IMG/VR virus record: IMGVR_UViG_3300031991_000104
Span: 1 to 27,157 of that record
Strand: one strand, 5' to 3'
Length of the DNA stretch: 27,157 nt
Source of the DNA: a virus
Lineage: Duplodnaviria; Caudoviricetes
A program made the position numbers and the translations under genes. The notes under the pieces are model-generated. The model was given only the letters and a program-made list of their open reading frames with translations. It did no database searches and was not told the DNA's origin. Positions within the stretch are counted from its first letter, which is position 1. Every line of letters starts with the position of its first letter. This document shows positions 8,610 to 15,654 of this stretch, in pieces.

Positions 8610-8993
8610 ATGCCTGACACTTCACCAATCAACACGACTCACACGGAGACGACGACGATCAACTCTGGCGGTGACGCTTCCGCTCTGAAGCAGGCTTTTA
8701 AGACGATTCTAACGGCGTTTCTATCTGCAATCGCGGGGGCGGCGGTGTCGTCGGCTGTCCTAAGCGGTGTGATGATGACGCGGATCGAGCGGCTGGAGTT
8801 TGTCTCGCGGGAGCAAATCGATGAGATCAAGCTTATCGACAAGGACGGGACTCAGAAGGTGCGGTCAATGGATGTGGAGCTGTCCGCTCTGAAGATCCAA
8901 TACTTAGCCATCGCGGACAGGCAGTTGATTCAAATCGAGAAGCTCGCGCGGATCGAAACGATGCTGAACCAAATCGATAGGAATACACCATGA
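8610..8993 (+). CDS. Single-TM coiled-coil membrane protein (holin/lysis-associated candidate)
   Basis: Hydrophobic ILTAFLSAIAGAAVSSAVLSGVMM followed by a coiled coil ending LARIETML. Upstream of the endolysin. Confidence 0.55.
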   Translation: MPDTSPINTTHTETTTINSGGDASALKQAFKTILTAFLSAIAGAAVSSAVLSGVMMTRIERLEFVSREQIDEIKLIDKDGTQKVRSMDVELSALKIQYLAIADRQLIQIEKLARIETMLNQIDRNTP

Positions 8994-9340
8994 ATATAGC
9001 GGCAATCATAAGTGCGGTGACCACCATCGTGTGGCTGACGAATAAGTTTGGTCCGGCGATCCGGGCGTCGATCAAGGCGATGGAGGGAGCGGACATGCCG
9101 GGACCGGAGAAGCGGGCGGCGGTGCTGGCGGAGATCAAGCTGCTGCCGGAGGCAGCGGTTTATCCGGATGGGTTGCTGGATACGGCGATCCAACTGGTGT
9201 TTGCGGTGGAGTTCCGGTTGGGACGGTGGATGGCTGAATTTCGGGCAAGGTCAAAAACAAGGAAGGAATCGGCCGCTGCGGGGAAAGCGGCGGCAAAACA
9301 AGCGGCTGAGGCTGCGAAACCAACAAAGAAAACAACATGA
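8990..9340 (+). CDS. Small membrane-associated protein (holin-like candidate)
   Basis: Hydrophobic N-terminus, 'G.EKRAAVL...D.AIQLV' pattern seen in phage holin-like proteins, basic tail, ATGA coupling. Confidence 0.5.
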   Translation: MNIAAIISAVTTIVWLTNKFGPAIRASIKAMEGADMPGPEKRAAVLAEIKLLPEAAVYPDGLLDTAIQLVFAVEFRLGRWMAEFRARSKTRKESAAAGKAAAKQAAEAAKPTKKTT

Positions 9341-10491
9341 AAACGTGGATACTAAACTTTCTGGCAACCCGAATCGGAGCGATGGTCGCCCCGCTTATCC
9401 TAACGGCAATGGCGGGTGTGGTGGCAACTGTGGCGGCGAAGGTGCCTTGGCTGGCTCCTCTGGTGACGCCGGAAAACTTTCTGATTTTTGTGACGTCGCT
9501 GCTGGCGGCGGGGATGTCGCTGGTGAATTACCTGACGACGGCGCGGGCGTTCAAATACGCGGAGCCGGTGCAGAGGTTTATCAATGTGATCGCGGACAAG
9601 CTGGGGGTGCGATTGATCGCGGAAGATGGCGTGGTGGCTGGGGTGACGGCGGCGAAGGCGGATGAGATCGCGGCGAAGCTGACGGTCCCCGGTGGCCCAT
9701 TCAATCCGAATGCGGAGGTGAAGAAGGCGAAGCCGATTTCTCGCCCTGGTGGTGGGAATTTCAAGGGGCATGTGCTGGATGTGGCGTTGCCGCTGATCGG
9801 GCTGGTGGTGGTGTTTGGACTGGCGGCGGTGTCCATCTTGATGATGGGCGGGTGTGCGCAGATGGACAGTTCGGTGCGCGCTGGAATGCCGGTGTTCAAT
9901 AAGTCGGGGTACGTCGTTCTGAAGAACTACAAAAAGAAGGAAATCCTGATGTGGGAACGGCAGTTGACTTATCGTGAGGCGAAGGACGCGGGGTATAATT
10001 TTTGGGAACGGAATTGGGATCAGCCGATGCTGTTCCCTTTCTCGCTGGTGGATGGGTTGATGCAGTTCGATGGGAAGCGGCTTTACCCTGTCTCGCGGGA
10101 TAATGATTTATCGAAGACGCAGGCTTGGAGGGAGGCGCAGCGGCAGGTGGGGGGATCAGGTGCGGCGATCCCGGATGCAACGCCGAAACCGAAGCCGGTG
10201 AAGGATGATCCGAATGATGTGTATTTGAAGATTCGGGATGGGGCGCAGGTGGTACCGGATATTATTGCCGAGCAGCCGGATCTCCGCGCCTCCGCGCCTC
10301 CGCGTGAGATGCAGCCTGTGCTCCGGGTGATTCCGGTGGAGGATCACAGGCCGATGGTGGTGCGGTTGCTGGGGTCGGTGAAGCCGTCGGTGGATGTGAC
10401 TTGGAGGTGGGATGCGGAGGATGGGATTCAACTCACGGATGTGACTCCTGATGTGCAGCGGCTGTGGCTGAAGTGGGAGGCGGCGTTTTGA
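9337..10491 (+). CDS. Multi-TM lysis-module membrane protein (holin/spanin-like composite)
   Basis: Two N-terminal hydrophobic helices, a PG-binding-like motif, a third hydrophobic stretch ending MMGGC, and a C-terminal ...WLKWEAAF. Stop overlaps the endolysin start. Confidence 0.55.
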   Translation: MKTWILNFLATRIGAMVAPLILTAMAGVVATVAAKVPWLAPLVTPENFLIFVTSLLAAGMSLVNYLTTARAFKYAEPVQRFINVIADKLGVRLIAEDGVVAGVTAAKADEIAAKLTVPGGPFNPNAEVKKAKPISRPGGGNFKGHVLDVALPLIGLVVVFGLAAVSILMMGGCAQMDSSVRAGMPVFNKSGYVVLKNYKKKEILMWERQLTYREAKDAGYNFWERNWDQPMLFPFSLVDGLMQFDGKRLYPVSRDNDLSKTQAWREAQRQVGGSGAAIPDATPKPKPVKDDPNDVYLKIRDGAQVVPDIIAEQPDLRASAPPREMQPVLRVIPVEDHRPMVVRLLGSVKPSVDVTWRWDAEDGIQLTDVTPDVQRLWLKWEAAF

Positions 10492-11105
10492 AAAAGCTTT
10501 CTGATGCTGCGCTGGGGCTGATCCTCGAATTCGAGGTGGGCGGCGGGCAGGCATATTATAATTCCGCGCTGGCACGGCCGTGCTGGCCAGGTGGGGCAAG
10601 TGGCCCGACAATCGGGGTAGGCTACGATCTCGGCTACACGCCCGCAGACCGTTTCCGCGAGGACTGGGGCCGATTGCCGTCCGATGTGCGTAACCGCCTG
10701 GCGGCGATGATCGGCAAAAAGGGCGAGGCCGCCCGTGTGGCGGTGAAGCGCGTGCGCGACATCGTGATTCCGTGGGATGCGGCGTTTGCCGTGTTCGAGG
10801 CGCGCACGATTCCCTACTGGATCGCGCAGACGCTCAAGGCCTTCCCCGGGGCGGATAAGCTGCCGCCCGATGCCTTCGGCGCGCTGGTGTCCCTCGTGTT
10901 CAATCGCGGCCCGGCCACGCAGGGCAAGAACCGCGAGGAGATGGCGAAGATTATGCACGTTCTGGCGGACGGGGTGCAGGCCGGAGACCTGGAAAAGATC
11001 GCGGACGCGCTGGAAAGCATGTGCCGGATCTGGAAAGGCAGGGGGCTTGACGGTTTGTTGAGACGCCGGAAGGCGGAGGCGACGATGGTGCGGAATGCGA
11101 AATGA
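10488..11105 (+). CDS. Endolysin, lysozyme-like muramidase (GH24/pesticin-C-like)
   Basis: TTG 10488 overlaps the previous TGA. LILEFEVGG, WPGGASGPTIGVGYDLG, GALVSLVFNRG and GLLRRRKAEA motifs. Confidence 0.88.
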   Translation: MKKLSDAALGLILEFEVGGGQAYYNSALARPCWPGGASGPTIGVGYDLGYTPADRFREDWGRLPSDVRNRLAAMIGKKGEAARVAVKRVRDIVIPWDAAFAVFEARTIPYWIAQTLKAFPGADKLPPDAFGALVSLVFNRGPATQGKNREEMAKIMHVLADGVQAGDLEKIADALESMCRIWKGRGLDGLLRRRKAEATMVRNAK

Positions 11106-12850
11106 GCGGACGCTACCAGCAGAGCGGCCGGGGACGGCTGGAGGATGCGGCGGTGGTGTCGGATCTGGATTCTGGGTTCGCCGGTGTGGATATGCGGCTG
11201 GACCCGGGGTTGCTTCCTTCGGGGGTGTGCTCGGCAGGGGTGAATTTGGTGTTCCGGCAGGGTGTGGCGGAGCCGCGGAGGGGATTCCAGACGCGGCCAT
11301 GGGCGCAGTTGCTGGGAGTGAGTTTTCCGATTTCGTTTCCGTTTGATTTTACGGAGGAGCTGGGGTTCGGAACGGTGTATGGTGCGGGGGTTTTCTCGGA
11401 TCCGAACGGGCAGGAATGGGCGGTGCTGGCGTGTGAGACGACGGCGTACCAGATCTCTTGGGATGGTCCGGCGCAGGCACTGCGATACCCGAGCGGTGTG
11501 ACGGTGACGGATCGGGTGACGTTTACGCAGGCTTTCAATGTGCTGCTGATGTGGCGGGGTGAGGGGCTGGATCCGCTGGCGGTTTCGACGGGGACGAGTT
11601 TTGGGGAGGAGATCCGGTTCGAGCTGGTGCCGGATGAGACGAATGGGGATTACACGAGCACGATCCCGGATGCTGCGAGGGGGCTGCATTATGGGAACCG
11701 GGTGTGGGTGGGCTATAGGGGCTCGAAGGTGGCGTATTCGGACGTGCTGGCTTACACGCGGTGGGATGGGGCGTTGTCGTCGATCTATGTGAATGATGGG
11801 TCGGATGACCGGCTGCAAGTGCTGGTGGCGTATGGGACGAATGCGATCTTGGCGTTCAAAGATCAATCGATTTTCGCCATCACTGGGGTGTTGCCGTCGC
11901 CTGGGGACACGGGTGCGGTGCAGGTGGTGACGAACGAAAGGGGGACGATTGCGCCGGAATCTGTGGTGCAGGTGGGGAATGATGTGTGGTTTTTGTCGGA
12001 TGATGGAGTGTATGCGATCTCGCAGGCGCTGGAGGGGACGCTGAGAGCGGCGAGTGAGCCGGTGAGTGCGCCGATGGGGCCGCTTTTCCAACGGGTGCAT
12101 TGGGGCCATGCACACAAAGCGGTGGGGACGTTCCATGATGGGAGGTATCTGCTGGCGCTGCCGATTGATGGGGCGGCGCATAATAATGCGATTGCGGTGT
12201 ATGATTTCCAGAACCAGGGATGGGCTGGGTGGTGGGAGTTTGATTTGCTGGATGCGGCGTGGTTTGTGCGGTTGACGGTGGGCGGTCGGAGGCGGCTGGC
12301 GGTGGTGAGTGGCACGGCGATCTCGGGGAATGAGGGTGCGGTGTATGTGCTGGGGGATGACTTTATGGATGAAAGTTTCGGCACGGAATCGGCTGTGGAA
12401 ACGGAGCTGGTGACGCGGGGCTATCTGTGCGGGAGCAATGGGCAGAAGGTTTTCATCGGTGCGGCTGTGGAGGTGGCGACGTGGTATGGTGCGGGGGAAA
12501 TCTCTGCGGTGCGGGATGGGGTGAATGAGGAGGCGGATGCGCAGACGTTCGCGAAGGACCGGACGGTGTACGCGACGTTTGACAAGGGTCCGTATGTTGA
12601 AAGCAATGAGAACGATGATCACGGTGATCCGTATCGGGAGGACTATTCTGTGGTGATCCCGACGGGCGGTTTGCGGCTGGGCTCGGGGGTGTGCCTTGGG
12701 CTGCACCAGACGAGCAGCGAACGGATGCGTGTGCGCCAAAGGGGCAGGCATTTGCAGATCCGTGTGCGGGGCACCCGGGGCCGTGTGGCTGTGCGGGCGG
12801 TGCAGGTGGATGCGCGCGCGGGGGCGGAACCGCTACGGGAGGTTTACTAA
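11102..12850 (+). CDS. Tail tubular protein B / nozzle (P22 gp10-like stabilisation protein, beta-propeller)
   Basis: 582 aa with NRVWV, VAYSD, ILAFKDQSIFAI and 'GTIAPESVVQVGNDVWFLSDDGVYAI...SAPM' propeller blades and the terminal GRHLQIRV strand typical of podoviral nozzle proteins. Confidence 0.8.
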   Translation: MSGRYQQSGRGRLEDAAVVSDLDSGFAGVDMRLDPGLLPSGVCSAGVNLVFRQGVAEPRRGFQTRPWAQLLGVSFPISFPFDFTEELGFGTVYGAGVFSDPNGQEWAVLACETTAYQISWDGPAQALRYPSGVTVTDRVTFTQAFNVLLMWRGEGLDPLAVSTGTSFGEEIRFELVPDETNGDYTSTIPDAARGLHYGNRVWVGYRGSKVAYSDVLAYTRWDGALSSIYVNDGSDDRLQVLVAYGTNAILAFKDQSIFAITGVLPSPGDTGAVQVVTNERGTIAPESVVQVGNDVWFLSDDGVYAISQALEGTLRAASEPVSAPMGPLFQRVHWGHAHKAVGTFHDGRYLLALPIDGAAHNNAIAVYDFQNQGWAGWWEFDLLDAAWFVRLTVGGRRRLAVVSGTAISGNEGAVYVLGDDFMDESFGTESAVETELVTRGYLCGSNGQKVFIGAAVEVATWYGAGEISAVRDGVNEEADAQTFAKDRTVYATFDKGPYVESNENDDHGDPYREDYSVVIPTGGLRLGSGVCLGLHQTSSERMRVRQRGRHLQIRVRGTRGRVAVRAVQVDARAGAEPLREVY

Positions 12851-12853
12851 GCG

Positions 12854-13648
12854 ATGAGTAATTTCGACACGACAACGACGCTGCCGAATACGGGCTGCAC
12901 GCAGGAGGATATTTACAATCTGCTGCGGACGATGGTGCCGGTGGCAGGTCTAGTGAATGCGGAGGGGTTGCAGGTGTTGGCGGATAAGCTGCACTTGGCT
13001 TTGGGTGTGCCGCGGTGGGTGAAGTACACGAAGACGTTTTCCCAACTTGCAGCGGCGGCGACGGTGAATGAGGTCGAGCTTTTCCAGTTGCCTGACGGGG
13101 GGCTGATCCACGGGATCAAGCTCAAGGCCAGCACAGCCTTCACGGGTGGGGCGATTTCCGCTTACACGGCGGAGATCGGGATCACGGGCAACACGGACAA
13201 GTACATTGTGCCGTTCAACATTTTGGCGGCGGTGAGTGGGACGAATTACCGGCTGGCCTGGGCTCCGTTCTTCGATGATTTCGCTCCGGCGGTTTTCGGG
13301 TCGGCGGATGCGGAGATCTCGGGTTCGGTGACGACGGCGAATGGGGCGATTGGGGCGCTGGCGATCTCAAATCCTCCGACGCAGGCGGAGGCGTTCGCGC
13401 TGCGGAATGCAACGGAGACGCTGGCGGATGATGTGCGGGCGCTGGCTACGGCGGCGGAGGAACTGGGCGATGACGGCCGGGCGCTGCGGGCGACGCTGGC
13501 GGGGTTGTTTGTGGGGAACCGGATCGGTGGTGAGGCGCATAATGCGGCGACGAGCATTCGGATCACGGCGCGGAGCACGGGGGCAAATCTCTCGTCGGCC
13601 ACGGCGGGGTCGCTGGATGTGTGGGTTTTAACTTCAACGGTGTTGTAG
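12854..13648 (+). CDS. Virion structural protein, paralogous to 5468..5932 with a helical insertion
   Basis: Shares 'F.G.A....T..(I/V)G' and 'TGANL...TAG...V(W/Y)' with the decoration protein. Insert SNPPTQAEAFALRN...LADDVRAL..LGDDGRAL. Confidence 0.6.
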   Translation: MSNFDTTTTLPNTGCTQEDIYNLLRTMVPVAGLVNAEGLQVLADKLHLALGVPRWVKYTKTFSQLAAAATVNEVELFQLPDGGLIHGIKLKASTAFTGGAISAYTAEIGITGNTDKYIVPFNILAAVSGTNYRLAWAPFFDDFAPAVFGSADAEISGSVTTANGAIGALAISNPPTQAEAFALRNATETLADDVRALATAAEELGDDGRALRATLAGLFVGNRIGGEAHNAATSIRITARSTGANLSSATAGSLDVWVLTSTVL

Positions 13649-13651
13649 ATT

Positions 13652-14512
13652 ATGGCGAGTGGCGAAATCAATCTGACTCCCGGCCGCGTGCTGGATGACA
13701 ATGAGTTGCTGACGACGGCGAAGGTGAACCAGATCGTTGGTGAGTTGTTGCTGCGGATCAAGGCGGGGGCGATTACTTCTCGCGAATTAGCGGACGGGAG
13801 CATCTCGGCGGACAAGCTGGCGGTGGACCTGTCGGCGCAGTTGAGCCTGGCGGATGGGTCGGTGACGACGAACAAGCTAGCGAGTGCGGCGGTGACGAGC
13901 GCGAAGCTGGCGGATGATGCGGTGACGGCCGCAAAGGCGGCGGCGGACATGATCAATGGCCAGACGGCGGTGACGGTGGCGAAGGCTGGTTCGATGCTGT
14001 TGGTGTGGGATGTGGATGCCGCGGAGCTGCGGTCGATAACGGTGGGGAATTTGCATCCGTCGGGGTCAGTGGTGCAGGCGGTGTATGCGGAGTCTAATGC
14101 TTATGTGAAGCTAAGCGGGCAAATTGATTTTGATGATACGATCCCACAGATCACGGAGGGGGATCAGCTGCTTACGGTGTCGATCACGCCGAAGTACTCG
14201 GACAGCAAGGTGCTGGTGACGTTCACGGGTTCGGTGGATTCGGATCCGGATGATGAGGTGACGGGGGCGCTTTTCCGGGATGCGGTGTCGAATGCGGTGT
14301 CGGCGACGGTGATTCGCACGGGGGGTGTGCCGAAGGTCATCTTAATAGAGTACCGGGATGCGCCTGCAACGACTTCGGCGATTACATACCAGGTGCGAGC
14401 GGGGACGGATAATCTGAGTGCGGAGTATAGTTTCAATGGGACATGCAGTGGGGGCCGCAAGTTGGGCGGGGCGCAGCGGGGTGTGCTGATCGCGCGGGAG
14501 ATCCGCGCTTAG
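13652..14512 (+). CDS. Short tail fibre / spike-like protein
   Basis: Decad repeats GAITSRELAD, GSISADKLA, GSVTTNKLAS, AAVTSAKLAD, DAVTAAKAA, and a C-terminal GSVVQ...DDTIPQITEGDQLLTVSITP..SKVLV beta domain common in phage fibres. Confidence 0.7.
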   Translation: MASGEINLTPGRVLDDNELLTTAKVNQIVGELLLRIKAGAITSRELADGSISADKLAVDLSAQLSLADGSVTTNKLASAAVTSAKLADDAVTAAKAAADMINGQTAVTVAKAGSMLLVWDVDAAELRSITVGNLHPSGSVVQAVYAESNAYVKLSGQIDFDDTIPQITEGDQLLTVSITPKYSDSKVLVTFTGSVDSDPDDEVTGALFRDAVSNAVSATVIRTGGVPKVILIEYRDAPATTSAITYQVRAGTDNLSAEYSFNGTCSGGRKLGGAQRGVLIAREIRA

Positions 14513-14526
14513 AAAGAAGAACGATT

Positions 14527-15654
14527 ATGGGTGATACTTACGAACCGCCGGTGCCGCAGCCCATTGCCTACGACCCGGTGATGATGCAGCAGGTGATGGC
14601 GGACAGCGCGGCGACGCAGACGGCCGCCTACGTGGACGGGCAGAAGCAGATGCACCGGCTGCAAATGAAATGGCTGCCAGAGGATTATCCGATGGTGGAA
14701 GGCCTGCGACGGGACAGCGAATTGCTGGACCGGCAGGCGATGATTGATTTTCTGAATCAATACGGTCTGGAAGCCCAGCAGGCCATGCTGGCGAGCAATC
14801 CCGCGCTCGCGAAATCCCTCGGATATGTCGAGAGCATGGCGGATGCCACAAAGCTAACTCCGGAGATCACCGCGGAGCTGGACCGGCAGGCGCTCGAAGG
14901 CATCACGGGAATGGGTGCGCTCACCGCGGAGGAAATGCGCATGAGCGACCAGGCCGCCCGCGAATCCTACGCCGCCCGAGGCATGGTGATGAGCGACCCC
15001 GCCGTGGTGGCCGAAGTAATGAACCGGCAGAGCATGATGGACTCGCGGCTGGCTGAGGACCGCACCTTTGCTTACAGCCGGGAAATGGGGAACCGAAATT
15101 TCGTGCAGTCGAGCACTCAGATCGCGGACGCCACCAGCGCAGGAATGAAGATGCTGGGGATGCCGACCGGCAGCGCGCAGGGCATGAGCAACACCATGGG
15201 CATGGTGTCGGGAGTCCGGACACCGGACCCGGCCGCCACCATGGCCGCCGGGCTGGGCTATTACGGGGACATTCAGGGCTACAACGCGAACATGGAAACG
15301 AGCATGTATAATTCGTACAACAACAATCAGGCGGCGCTGGAGGCCGCACAGTTGCAGGCGGCGGCGTCCGGCGCGGCGGCCAGCTCGGCGGCGAGTTCCT
15401 CCATGATGAGCGCGGGGATCGGGGCGGCCGGTGCCGCAATCGGCGCGGCGGCAGTGGTGTGCTGGGTGGCTCGCGAGGTTTACGGCGCGGCGGATGGACG
15501 CTGGCGGACCTTCCGGGTGTGGCTGTTGCTCACCGCTCCAACTTGGCTGCGACGGGCCTACGTGAGGCACGGCGAGGCCTTCGCGGAAATGATTCAAGGG
15601 CGAGCGGCCGTGAAGGCCCTCTTGCGTCACGCCATGGACACAGTCGCCCGCTGA
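14527..15654 (+). CDS. Internal virion / DNA ejection (pilot-like) protein with C-terminal CWVAREVYG domain
   Basis: ATG 14527 after an A-rich leader. Helical Q/A/M-rich body, Gly/Ala-rich hydrophobic segment (AGIGAAGAAIGAAAVV), then a 64-aa aromatic/basic domain. Position after tail genes matches podoviral ejection proteins. Confidence 0.65.
   Translation: MGDTYEPPVPQPIAYDPVMMQQVMADSAATQTAAYVDGQKQMHRLQMKWLPEDYPMVEGLRRDSELLDRQAMIDFLNQYGLEAQQAMLASNPALAKSLGYVESMADATKLTPEITAELDRQALEGITGMGALTAEEMRMSDQAARESYAARGMVMSDPAVVAEVMNRQSMMDSRLAEDRTFAYSREMGNRNFVQSSTQIADATSAGMKMLGMPTGSAQGMSNTMGMVSGVRTPDPAATMAAGLGYYGDIQGYNANMETSMYNSYNNNQAALEAAQLQAAASGAAASSAASSSMMSAGIGAAGAAIGAAAVVCWVAREVYGAADGRWRTFRVWLLLTAPTWLRRAYVRHGEAFAEMIQGRAAVKALLRHAMDTVAR

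Noticed and set aside
10814-12751. 645-aa minus-strand ORF (also 20146..22236, 6147..7604, 1104..2246 and other long antisense ORFs)
   Set aside because: Shadows of real + strand genes. Their H/R/P-rich composition reflects biased codon usage on the coding strand, and they have no recognisable motifs.
15459-15653. Longer N-terminus for YcaO as given in the ORF track (likewise 3060, 5512, 7322, 10464, 14443 and 16772 starts)
   Set aside because: These extensions overlap upstream genes or the terminator. Coupled or RBS-supported starts at 15654, 3282, 5947, 7499, 10488, 14527 and 16799 fit better.
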